Assembly (NCBI GenBank): GCA_000002435.2
Contig: CM018790.1
DNA length: 64,000 nucleotides
Source: Giardia intestinalis
Lineage: Eukaryota
Reading direction: 5' to 3' (one strand)
A program made the position numbers and the translations under genes. The notes beneath the pieces are model-generated. The model was given only the letters and a program-made list of their open reading frames with translations, was not told where the DNA came from and searched no databases. This document shows positions 30,538 through 40,552 of the stretch, piece by piece; position 1 is the stretch's first letter; every line of letters begins with the position of its first letter.

Positions 30538-32562
30538 TTGCTGCACAAGGCCGCTCTGGAGTGCAGTGGCCTTGAAGCTAAAGCGCTTAGCTCGTCACTA
30601 GCCTACCTTTGCCGATTACGCAATACTTCTGGAGAGACAGCCTTACAATTGGCGATAAAACATGGAAATTTGGAGCTCGCCAAACTTCTGATTGATGAGG
30701 AAGCAGGTAGCTATTCTGACACAAAAGAATCTGCAGTGGAGCTGGCCCTTCTTCGGGGTTCATGCGAAGTAGCCAGGCTATTAATTCCATTTGAAGGGAA
30801 GATACTTACTGAGCGGGGGTATACGCAGCTGATGTTAGCGGCTTCGTTTGGTGAGAGACGACTCGTTGAGAAGTACATCCAACGACAAGCAAAGAGGCAG
30901 GCAAAGAATGGGGTCACTGCGATGCATTTGGCCGTTATATCTGCAATCTCGCTTCATAAGTCTATCAAGCTTCTGCTGCAAGAAAGAGATCGCTTGGCAA
31001 CTGACAGCGGCCACCTTATAGTAGAGGCAGAAGTTCCGCTGACCCACAGCTCTGTGACACCACGAAACACACGATCTCCACGGTCTATTAGTATCCTAAC
31101 CAAGTCTTGCGGTAGGGGTGACTTGTTTGCGCAGACAGCTGAAAAGGAATCAGCCTACTCTAGGCCACGTGTCACTTCGTCTAGACGCCCAATAACATCG
31201 GTACGATATCCAAGACAGACGCCGGCTCTATCTGCTAGTACACGTGTAGGAACACCAAAAAGCAGCTTCAGCTCACGAGGAGGCCAGCAAATATCTCCTA
31301 GCATTACCGTACCATCGATGCTATCCTCCTCTCCAAGAAAGAGGAGCGGAAGATGCGCGGCTTCGCGGTCTGGAGGCTCTAAAACATCTCCCATGGCGCG
31401 ACCGCGCACAACCCAAATCACAGCCCAAAAGCTTCCTGCTGAAGTTACTAAGCACCGGGCCCAGAGCACGTACGGAACCCAGCTTGACGGGAGCATAAAG
31501 GTACCAGTGCTTCAGCTTGATAACCTGAGCGGAAAGCATGTGTCATTTCCAGATACTCTCAGGATAAAGGACGATGCCAGCGTTGTAGAGTGTAGAATTA
31601 GAAAGCTCAGATCTCTGTTTCAAGCCTTCGTCGAGATTATCCTGCTCCTTATACCACTAGAAAAACAGATCTCCCAAAGGAATGGCCTCACGGTGCTCAT
31701 GATAGCTGCGAAGGCTGATGTTGTAGAACTAGTTAGACTGCTTGTCAATGACGAGAAGTTGATGGTAGATGCACGCGGAGAGACTGCCTTGATGATAGCA
31801 GTTAGGAACAATGCAGCAGCATCTGTCAAAGGGCTGCTTAGCCACGAGGCAACCCGTGCATCTGCCAATCGTGAACGCTATACCGCATTGCACCTAGCAG
31901 TGCAAACGAATAACAGCATTCTTGTTGAGCAGCTAGCAACTCTAGAGAATAATATTCCACAGGCATGCTACACGTTAAAAGACTTTCCTAACAGCAGGAA
32001 TGCGCACGCCTTGATCAACGTGACCGCCCTCATGATGGCGTCTATCGGTAATGCTCCAGAATGCGCTCTGATTCTCTCCAGATACGAGGCCGGGCGCCAC
32101 GAGCAGCTCTTCGGCTATACTGCGTTGATGCTTGCCGCATACTTCAATCACTCAGCCATTGTAGAGCTTCTTTTACATCCTGAATCGAGGGAGACTATGC
32201 GCAACGGCTGGACAGCGCTCATGGTTGCCAGCAGCAGAGGAAACCTTCGCTGCTGTGCTAAGCTGGCAACTTGCGAATCCAAGCTGACCGCTCAGGGGCT
32301 GACTGCGCTCATGCTAGCGTGCAAGCACAATTTCCTCAACATTGTGACGCTTCTCTATCCGCTCGAATCAAGCATCTATCACAAACGAGTAAGAAACGGG
32401 GTTGTGGAGCGTTGGTCCTGTTTAACATATGCGGCTGCAAAGGGGAGCACAGAGGTGGTAATGTTTCTCTTGGAACATCACCCCTCTCGAGAAGACATAC
32501 GATTGGCTGCGAGCTGCTCACATAACCCAAAGATATCAATCCTACTGTCAGCGCACCATTAA
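30538..32562 (+). CDS. Ankyrin-repeat protein ('protein 21.1'-type). The open frame begins just inside the 3' flank of element copy A with a TTG. The first in-frame ATG is at 30832, so the N-terminus is probably truncated or displaced.
   Basis: Many ankyrin repeats (GETALQLAIKHGNLELAKLLI, GVTAMHLAV..., NGLTVLMIAAKADVVELVRLLV, GWTALMVASSRGNLRCCAKL). There is no ATG for the first 98 codons of the open frame. Confidence 0.6.
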   Translation: MLHKAALECSGLEAKALSSSLAYLCRLRNTSGETALQLAIKHGNLELAKLLIDEEAGSYSDTKESAVELALLRGSCEVARLLIPFEGKILTERGYTQLMLAASFGERRLVEKYIQRQAKRQAKNGVTAMHLAVISAISLHKSIKLLLQERDRLATDSGHLIVEAEVPLTHSSVTPRNTRSPRSISILTKSCGRGDLFAQTAEKESAYSRPRVTSSRRPITSVRYPRQTPALSASTRVGTPKSSFSSRGGQQISPSITVPSMLSSSPRKRSGRCAASRSGGSKTSPMARPRTTQITAQKLPAEVTKHRAQSTYGTQLDGSIKVPVLQLDNLSGKHVSFPDTLRIKDDASVVECRIRKLRSLFQAFVEIILLLIPLEKQISQRNGLTVLMIAAKADVVELVRLLVNDEKLMVDARGETALMIAVRNNAAASVKGLLSHEATRASANRERYTALHLAVQTNNSILVEQLATLENNIPQACYTLKDFPNSRNAHALINVTALMMASIGNAPECALILSRYEAGRHEQLFGYTALMLAAYFNHSAIVELLLHPESRETMRNGWTALMVASSRGNLRCCAKLATCESKLTAQGLTALMLACKHNFLNIVTLLYPLESSIYHKRVRNGVVERWSCLTYAAAKGSTEVVMFLLEHHPSREDIRLAASCSHNPKISILLSAHH

Positions 32563-33118
32563 TAGGAATGGAATGTGTAATATACTGTAGTGAGAGGGCA
32601 TTGGCTAAGGTTGACTCGCCGCTACCCTAGGTAACAAACATTTTGGTAGACAGTTATCTTTGCGTGATCGTCTTAGAGGCGTTAAGAAGGCTCGAAAAAC
32701 GACTGAGATTCTCATTAAGAAGGAGCATTCTAGTTTGTAAGCGTTTCAACAATAAGTTCTCACAGGTAATAATGGCCACTTGTAATTAGAACGACAGGAG
32801 ATGCGTTGTGGAGCTAGTAGGGATTCGGTGTATTGTGCATTGTGACATTGCTTGTGCTCTGCTATTTTTGTTAAAGCTTCAGTTGATTGCATCCCTCCTA
32901 TCGTATTTACTAGAGCATACTCTGTACATTGGATAGGCCCCATTTTGCTGATTAGACAGTAGCTAGTAGTAGGGGCAGATGCATGTCAAAGACGATGCCC
33001 GAACTATTGACTGAGCACAGGAGAGCCGTCAACTAATAAGTGCAGAAGCAGTTCACACTCTCCTGGCACAGACAGCCATCCGAGAACTTCCTGGCTGCTA
33101 CACGAACTAGTACATTAT

Positions 33119-34957
33119 TCACTCAGAAAGGATCTCAATAATCTCCTCGTATATCAACTCATTAGCAATGTCGAGAGCCGTAGTACCAGCCTCGAATCCA
33201 ATAAACTCGCGGGTGGATCTTAAGTCCTTTTCCCTATCCTTAAGGAGTCTCACACACCCTGGCTCCCTGTTACACACTGCCCACATAAGGGCTGTCCATC
33301 CATATTTATCCGTCCTCTTTGTTTCCTGAATATTCCTTCTAACTGCTCCAACATCTCCAATGCAAGCAGCGCACATAAGGTTTGTCCAGCCCGAGGCATC
33401 ACGCTCGCTCTTGTGCTCACAGAGCAATCTGACACAGTCTGTATGGCCTTCCTCTGCTGCAAACATGAGGGCTGTCGAACCATCACTCTTCTGCATGCCC
33501 CCCTCCTTCTCTAGCAATAGTTTAACACAGTCTTGGTGGCCGTTCTGCGCTGCAAACATGAGGGCGGTCTTACCATCGCTATCCTTCATGCGCGCCTCTT
33601 TCTCTAGAAGCAGCTTGACGCACTCTGTGCGGCCGTTCTGTGCTGCCCACATGAGGGCTGTATATCCCCTGCCATCATGCACACCCGCTTGCTGAAGGTT
33701 ACTCCTAACCGCATCAGCATCTCCAATGCAAGCAGCGCACATAAGGTTTGTCCAGCCCGAGGCATCACGCTCGCTCTTGTGCTCACAGAGCAATCTGACA
33801 CAGTCTGTATGGCCTTCCTCTGCTGCAAACATGAGGGCTGTCGAACCATCACTCTTCTGCATGCCCCCCTCCTTCTCTAGCAATAGTTTAACACAGTCTT
33901 GGTGGCCGTTCTGCGCTGCAAACATGAGGGCGGTCTTACCATCGCTATCCTTCATGCGCGCCTCTTTCTCTAGAAGCAGCTTGACGCACTCTGTGCGGCC
34001 GTTCTGTGCTGCCCACATGAGAGCCGTCTTGTCATTGCTATCCTTCATGCCCTCCTCCTTCTCCAGGAGCAGTCTGGCGCACTCTGTGCGGCCGTTCTGC
34101 GCTGCAAACATGAGAGCCGTCTTATGGTTGTTGTCATATTTGCCACCCTCGCGACTAACTAGCAGTCGCACTACATCCGCATGGCCGTATTCCGCTGCTG
34201 TCATTAGAGCCGTCCCTCCGGTCATGCGCCATCTGTCTATCTTAACACCCCCTTCCGCTTTCTTTCTCTCTTGAAGGGGTAGCAATTCCATCATCTCTGC
34301 ATCTGTATCTCCATTCTCTGCCGCATTCACGAGGGATCTCCTCTGCATGCCACCCTCTTTCTCTAACAGTAGCTTGACACACTCCGCATGTCCACGCAGT
34401 GCTGCCATCATGAGGGCTGTCCATCCATCAGGCCTCTGCATACCCTCTTCTTTGTCAAGTAGAAGCTTAAGGCATTCTACGTGCCCATTCCTTGCTGTAG
34501 ACATGAGGGCTGTTTCCCCGGCTCCGTCCTTCATCCCCCCTTGAATTGGTACAAGCAGCCTTACCATTTCAGTGTCTCCCCTGGCTGCTGCCCGCATGAG
34601 TGCTGTGACTCCATTCCTATCTGTTGGATCCTCGTAGGATATAATTACCCTAGTAACCTCTAGGCGCCCGTCGTTGAGAGCATGACGCAGGGCGCTATGA
34701 TCTTGATCACCCTTCACATCCTTCCCGCGCTCCAGGACGGACTTTATCGCCTCTATGGGACTATACCCCGCCACCCACATGAGAGCTGTTTGACCATGGT
34801 TGTCCTGTCTACAGATTAGATTAAACCTAGTACCCAGTAACCCCTTGACATCTTCCGTACCATCCTTAGCGGTCTGCATGAGCTCGGTCACACCACCTGA
34901 GGGGCTCGGGGGGCCGCCAGATTCAACACGCCTGCGATCAACATCGCTCTGTGCCAT
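33119..34957 (-). CDS. Ankyrin-repeat protein ('protein 21.1'-type) with an internal 366-bp tandem duplication. The probable start ATG is at 34957 (aaaataaaaATGgc). An upstream ATG at 35014 lies inside a 30-bp duplicated initiator segment.
   Basis: Repeated ankyrin units (TALMWAAQNGRTECVKLLLEKE...). A 122-aa block is exactly duplicated. Confidence 0.75.
   Translation of the reverse strand: MAQSDVDRRRVESGGPPSPSGGVTELMQTAKDGTEDVKGLLGTRFNLICRQDNHGQTALMWVAGYSPIEAIKSVLERGKDVKGDQDHSALRHALNDGRLEVTRVIISYEDPTDRNGVTALMRAAARGDTEMVRLLVPIQGGMKDGAGETALMSTARNGHVECLKLLLDKEEGMQRPDGWTALMMAALRGHAECVKLLLEKEGGMQRRSLVNAAENGDTDAEMMELLPLQERKKAEGGVKIDRWRMTGGTALMTAAEYGHADVVRLLVSREGGKYDNNHKTALMFAAQNGRTECARLLLEKEEGMKDSNDKTALMWAAQNGRTECVKLLLEKEARMKDSDGKTALMFAAQNGHQDCVKLLLEKEGGMQKSDGSTALMFAAEEGHTDCVRLLCEHKSERDASGWTNLMCAACIGDADAVRSNLQQAGVHDGRGYTALMWAAQNGRTECVKLLLEKEARMKDSDGKTALMFAAQNGHQDCVKLLLEKEGGMQKSDGSTALMFAAEEGHTDCVRLLCEHKSERDASGWTNLMCAACIGDVGAVRRNIQETKRTDKYGWTALMWAVCNREPGCVRLLKDREKDLRSTREFIGFEAGTTALDIANELIYEEIIEILSE
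33350..34082. repeat. Near-perfect tandem duplication, 366-bp unit in two copies, inside the ankyrin gene.
   Basis: Antisense ORFs at 33360 and 33726 start identically (MQAAHIRFVQPEASRSLLCSQSNLTQ...) and stay identical for about 100 aa. The sense protein repeats a block of about 122 aa (YTALMWAAQNGRTECVKLLLEKEARMKDSDGKTALMFAAQNGHQDCVKLLLEKEGGMQKSDGSTALMFAAEEGHTDCVRLLCEHKSERDASGWTNLMCAACIGD) twice. Confidence 0.8.
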
Positions 34958-35306
34958 TTTTATTTTCTCTCCTGGCCAAGTGCAATTTTCATTTTCTCTC
35001 CTGGCCAAGTGCATAAGACCGCAATTATTTCGTAATTTACACTACCCAAGCTACGATGCACTACAGCTATATGGCATAGGCTCCTGCATATTTTCTGTTG
35101 CATGCCGTAATGGTGTAGTGTGCAGTACTACACTACTCCGGGCTGTTACCGACCAGAGCTCGCCGAGTAGACCAGTCGTCTGAGGCAGAGGCGGACACTT
35201 ATGTAGGGACCGAGGGCCTTCTGCTCTACAGATGGATGGCTATGAGACGCGGCATATCGCCTGCTCGTTGGTAGGGGCTTCTCGACGGCAGGGAACGCTG
35301 CTTTCA

Positions 35307-38300
35307 GTGGTGTGCCGCTGGGGCCTGCCTGCGGGCGCTGTCCAGAGATCTTACTGGTAAATTCCCGCTCAATTTTTGGTGATGTCCGGAGACGAGGGTT
35401 GGTCGTGTATCAATATAAAGACCACAGTGGTGGAAGGGAGGAGCTATCTGCGTTCCTCGGGTGTTCTGCGGGTGTGTGCTCGGTCTAAGAGTGCACATAG
35501 ATCCTTTTGGAGATCACGCCGTCCTGCAGGCTCGCTGGTCTACTAGGGTGCCTCTCCTTGTTCTCCCTTTACGGTTGGTGAAGCTCTGGTCTTTGTTGTC
35601 ATTCTCAATGCTGTCCATACAGATCGGCAGCAGCTAGCGGGGCTTTCTCTTCTGGTTGGGATTCAACTCGGTTGTGTGTCCAGTCTTTGCCCCTTCTCGG
35701 TCGTTGTCGTCGGGTCCCAGGGATGGACTCATTCGGTTGTCAGAAGTAGGATGACAGGAGGCGGGGTGACCAGGCTTTCGGCCCGGCCCGTCTGATCAGC
35801 CCCGTCAGGTCCTCGTTCGCCTCTGCAGCCATGTAGGCGATGGCGAAGGCAGCCCGGACAGAGGTCCACGTGGAGCTCCTTGAGGTGCCCCTTGGACTGG
35901 GGTGGAGGGATCCGTCCGTCCCGTAGATGATCGGGAGCGTCCCGTCCCTGTACTTCTTGGCCTTCTCGCTGTGGTATCCATCTGGCGGGGCTGGATGACA
36001 CCCACGTCCACTGCCTTGCACTTGTCGACGAGCCAGATGTCGGGCTTCTGGTTCTGGTCGCTGAGGTGGCTGTGGGTCTTGACTTCCAGCTCTGCGCTGA
36101 GCTTCCCCGAGACGCGGAGGTACAGGCACGCGACGATCATGTCGTGCCTCGTGGCAGCCCGGGCAGGTGCCTCTTTCTGCGCCATGATCGAGCCGCCCTT
36201 CTCCTTCAGGGCCCTTTCCTCCTCGGTCAGCACGCCGCACATCTGCAGACAGTACGTCGCCGCTCTGTCCGGAAGCTGGTGTGTGCGCGTGAGGAGGCGG
36301 TTGAAGTAGGCCCCTTCCCCTGCAGTGCCTGGCCGCCCACCGACAGCTCCACCGGGTCTCTGGCCCCCTTGTTGACGTCCAAGGAGGCCCATACCCTCCG
36401 CAGCTCGTCGTGGTAGAATCCAGGCATGAGCAGGTCCAGGCCGCCCTTCTCCTTCGGGTACGCTAGGAAGTCGACCAGGCGATCGCAGCTTCTGTTGGTT
36501 AGTGCTGATGCCTTGTGCGACGTCTGTCGAACTCCTCGTAGTCCGCCTTGTCCGATGTTACTTCGACCAGGGGGGCGTAGCTCACCATCGGGACCACACA
36601 GAGTGACACCAGGATGAGCTTCTGGTGGATGGTTATTGGGGCATTCTCGATCTTCTTCAAGGCAGTCTCGGCACCTGCGATGGCCTTTGGGGCGAGACTA
36701 GCAGGAGTGGGGGACGCCGGGTGGTTGAGGAAGGTCACCTCCTCGCCCGCCATGGTGGACTTGCATTTGTCGCTCCTGATCGTCAGGTCCATGGTCTGCT
36801 GTGTTATCACACCTGCTGGGTACCCTTCGTCGTGGAACCCCACGATGTCGTCTGCATAGGCAAGGAAGGCGATGCCCCTCTCCTCGAGGCGTCTCAGGAG
36901 GCGCTCGGTGGCCATGCAGAAGAGGAACGTGCTGAGCGGGTCGCCCTGGGGGACGCCGCAGACCTCGCACTTCACGTCCTTGCTGTGCCTCAGGTCGAGG
37001 AAGTTCCTGATGTAGTCGACCAGGACCTTCGGGACGCCCGCCTCGTTCAGGGCTCTGACGACCTCTGCCCTCGGGAGCGAGTTGAGGGCGTTCTTTGTGT
37101 CGAGGGAGACGGCGTGCATCCCCGCCCGCTGATGAGCTCGTGGGCCCTCCTCACGCCTACCGCGTATGCGTTCTGCTTGAAGGCGATCTGCTCGCATGAG
37201 AGGTAGTTGGCATGCCTGATCAGCCCTTCAGCAGGACGCGGTGGAAGATGTTCGTGACCGTCCGCCTATCGCGATCGGGGGTATCCGTCGGACTCCTTCG
37301 GGATGAGGATCGCCCGGAACTCGAACATGGTCGTCACCTCGGGTATCGCCTCGGGGTGAGTGGTCAGCTCGTTGTACGCCTGCGTGAGGTATTTCACAAA
37401 GCTGTCGTTCTGCTTCATCGCCTGAGCTGGACCGGCCCGAGACCAGACACGCCCGAGGCCTTCTTGTTGAGAGTTCCAAACAGGGCCTTCCTCATTTCCT
37501 CCTCGGTTGCCACTCCAGCCCTGTCGAGTTCATCGATGGAGGGTAGTCAAGGCCAACGCAGCCTTCGGGGGGACGCACGGGTGTAGCGCGCTGAGGGGGC
37601 CTTGGCCTTCTCTGGCTTGTCTATCGTGGGTGTGTCAAGGAACAGAGGACCTGGCAGCCATTAAAGCTCAGCGCGTTGTTCACCCTGTTTGCTATCCGGC
37701 GCCTCGCCTTCTCGGGGTCTGGGTCTGCCTTGCTCTGGGACTGCTCCGTGGTGTTGTCTGGCAGAGGGGCCCTCTGGCAGCTTCCCACCAGGGCGTCTAG
37801 GCCCCTGATTGCGGGGAGCGCGACCCCAGTCCCGGCCTGCTCGATGCTCGCGATCATGCGCGCACCCTGGTGGATGAGCATGGCAGCTGTCTGGTTCGGT
37901 ATGTGGGCCGGAAGGATCAGCTTGTCGTCGCCCAGCACTCTGTGTCTGTCATCGTTTGCTTCTCTCAGGTGCTCGGTTGGTTGCTTGGCGCTCTCGCACG
38001 GCAGGCCACAGAGCCAGCGTGTGTGTCCTGCCGAGAGGGCAAGCGTCTTCGAAGTGGTCCTCCGAGTAGAGACTCACGGCTTGCTCTCTGGGGCCCAAAG
38101 GTATGATCTTGCGTTCGTAATACGGATCTGGTCCTCGCGGGCTCTCCTTCGCCTCAAGTCCAGCTGTGCACATCCGCAGAACAGCCGAGGAACGCACAGG
38201 CCCCAGATCCACAAACGGAGGGAGCTCTTCCCTATCACCACTGTGGCTATCACTGCGACCCGTGGCCAGCCCCCGCCTCCGGGCTGGCCAGGGACTGAGC

Positions 38301-38408
38301 GAGGCTTACCTGTGAGATCTTTGGATCATACTTCCAGGCAGGCCCCAGCGGCACACCACTGGAAGCAACCGGTGGGTGGAGTAAAGAAACTGGTAGAATA
38401 ATCCGAAG
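35307..38408 (-). mobile_element. Copy B of the same degenerate retroelement, inverted orientation.
   Basis: The ORF set is the reverse complement of copy A (the same MRADRLQAERIRG... RT fragment at 36499-37197, minus strand). TIRs at 35307-35331 and 38335-38359. About 32 bp of shared 5' leader extends to about 38408. Confidence 0.8.
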
Positions 38409-38676
38409 TGCGGATTGCATTTAGAAGGATTGCCGCCCGCACCTCGTGCTTCTGAGACCACAGATAAGCAAGGACTGTTCTCTGCGGTGGCTTAAAAAGC
38501 CTATCTATCATATCAGAGGGCAGCTCGCCATACCTCGTGATGAACAGCGGAAGGACCTTGTCCCTTTGGTCTGCCGGATACCTTGATCCCAGTGCTACGG
38601 CTCCCTGAAAATCTACGAGGTTAAGCGCATTGTAGAGACTCTCTGCCAGCTCGCCTATGGGGGTCAGAACAGGCAT
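38409..38676 (-). pseudogene. Alpha-giardin (annexin homolog) N-terminal fragment of about 90 aa, truncated by element copy B. The track ORF 38326-38676 reads on into element sequence.
   Basis: MPVLTPIGELAESLYNALNLVDFQGAVALGSRYPADQRDKVLPLFITRYGELPSDMIDRLFKPPQRTVLAYLWSQKHEVRAAILLNAIR aligns with alpha-1 giardin (MPKVTDIANELKQAIDAKDEVQIAFIASEYSAESREKIAKAYVASYGKELPDDIKKALKGGSEESLLMDLFSDRHEVRAQHIRDAL) and with the neighbouring alpha-giardin. It is followed directly by the element's terminal sequence. Confidence 0.6.
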
Positions 38677-38727
38677 TGACGGACAGTGAAAAGCCGATTA
38701 TTAATTCACACCTGTTAAATGCACGCT

Positions 38728-39632
38728 TTAGTTTGCGCCTTCGGTGTCAACACGCCAAAGTGCACAAAGAGCTCGCCCGAGACGGGCGTCGTAGAGGCGC
38801 TTAAAGTCTGAGCCGAGCTTGCCGTACTTTTCATACGCAAACTTACACTTTAATGCCTTGTCGAACATAAGAGAGGTGATGCGAACCATCCGGTCACTAT
38901 CGCCCTTTTTGCCAGAGTTGGCGAGGGAGCATAGGTAGGCAGCGGCATAGCCGGGCTGTAGCAGGTAGAAGTGGGCGGTAAGCAGGGCCTCCATGTCTGT
39001 CTTCACGTAGTTGGACGCAATAAGGGTCTCCACCTCGACGCCGTACTTCTCTGTGAACACCTTATTTATCTTTTTCCACTCTCCCTCTGTGGTGTTGCAC
39101 AGGAGATCGATCAGGCCATCGGGGTTGCCAGATTCCAAGTAGCCCATGAGCGCCGCGGCATCCTCACTAATAGCCTTGCGCTCGTATCTGTCGTGTTTGA
39201 TCCACCCCTTGATGAGTTGCGACCACGGCTCAGAGCTGCCGATATCACTGAGCAGGGTGTCGTTGGCCACTTTCTGAAATATGCGCGTGTAGTGTGCTCC
39301 CATCTCGTACCAGTCTTCTGGGCCGCAAAAGAGGACGACGTCTATCAGTGCAGACTTGTTGTTCTTGCCACTGAGGGCCTGGTTGAGTAGGCGTGCACGC
39401 ACCTCCTGTGCATCTGTCCACGCATACATCAGAAGCGTTTCAGCAGGCCCTGACTTTAGAGCTTTCTTGATTGCATCAGCAGGGTACATCCCATAGATGG
39501 ACTTGTAGTTGATTACGACTTGTCTCGGTGCTTCGACGCATACTGCGAGGTCAACTGGACAAGAGCGGACTCGTTTTTGCTATCTATAATCTCCCTCAGC
39601 TCCGTGGTGAGGTCGGATACAGTGAGGGACAT
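38728..39632 (-). CDS. Alpha-giardin (annexin homolog), about 300 aa. The N-terminal ~40 codons (ATG at 39632) are in a different frame from the main 253-aa ORF (ATG at 39489), which implies a 1-bp frameshift near 39520-39527.
   Basis: Main [40 protein letters not shown]...[19 protein letters not shown] aligns to alpha-1 giardin DDIKKALKGGSEESLLMDLFSDRHEVRAQHIRDALSG...CTPEDWHETVAAYTRMFKK. Upstream in frame +1: [39 protein letters not shown] aligns to alpha-1 residues 1-37. The main frame extended upstream gives ...[15 protein letters not shown], matching alpha-1 KAYVASYGKELP. Confidence 0.75.
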
Positions 39633-39831
39633 CAGGTCTAGAGTGAATTTTTGACTGTTTCACTTTGATTTAATGAAAAGGGTTCACAAAAGGATTTTAA
39701 AGCGGGCGTTATGAGCGCGAAAGTCGTAAGTATCTGTGTACAGGTCGGAAAGGTGAACACAGGTTACGATCAGAAAGCGTCGCTCCGTTGCTTCGCTGCT
39801 CCGCCGCCCATATCTTACGGTGTGCACAGAA

Positions 39832-40083
39832 TCAAATTATTGCCAGGAGAAGGTCTAGATTGCGTTGGCTTTCTTTCTCAGTGGGGGCTGTGCCTCGTAG
39901 CTCCTGGCCCGGGGTCAAGGCTGTCTCTATGACGCTGTCGAAGCAGATGTGGTCTTCTAGGCACCATAAGTAATCTTCGTGCACAAACAGGTCCTCCCCG
40001 GCCGGAGAGGCGCTGCTTGGGAGCAAAATGTGCGGCTGATATGTTGTGCCAGCCATGATTGGTTTGTAATTCTCCGTCCACAT
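39832..40083 (-). CDS. Small hypothetical ORF of 83 aa with an AT-rich initiator. Low confidence.
   Basis: True ATG at 40083 preceded by aaaaactaATG. No recognisable homology. Confidence 0.3.
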   Translation of the reverse strand: MWTENYKPIMAGTTYQPHILLPSSASPAGEDLFVHEDYLWCLEDHICFDSVIETALTPGQELRGTAPTEKESQRNLDLLLAII

Positions 40084-40552
40084 TAGTTTTTATGTCATTA
40101 CTTTTTACTTTTGCATAAAGCAGCAGCTTATTGCAGCATCAGTAGTCTTGCGCCAATTACATACTAGATTATAGCGTGCTTTTTCATACGTTAGGCATAC
40201 TTTTGGGCTGCAAGTTAATTGCTGGGCTTAAAGGTTGACAATGCCAATTTGTGCACCAGATCAGATTGTACTGTGTTCTTGCTTGACAACTGGTCTAATT
40301 GTGACTCAAGCAGGGCGTGCCTTATTGCTTCAATCCGTGGATTTATATTCTTGAATTCATAAAGAGATTCCCTGCACCACAATGCCACACATGAATAGTT
40401 GTAACCAGGCAGTGTCGACCCTATCCAACCCCATCGTTGGCAGTTACCAGTTCAGCAGACTCTTGTGGCTGCTTAGCTTCAAAATTTACAGAGTCTAACA
40501 GCAATATGGATGCTCAGGGTTTGTGTTCAACTATCAAAACAGCGCTAACCCT

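Noticed and set aside
38383-38408. Weak resemblance of ...SDYSTSFF.. (translated from the element's 5' leader in copy B) to the alpha-giardin ...NDHMAFF.. segment. This would move the element boundary inward to about 38360.
   Set aside because: The same 25-32 bp leader (ttactccacccaccggttgcttcca) is present in copy C next to an unrelated flank, so it is element sequence. The peptide similarity is short and needs a 2-aa gap.
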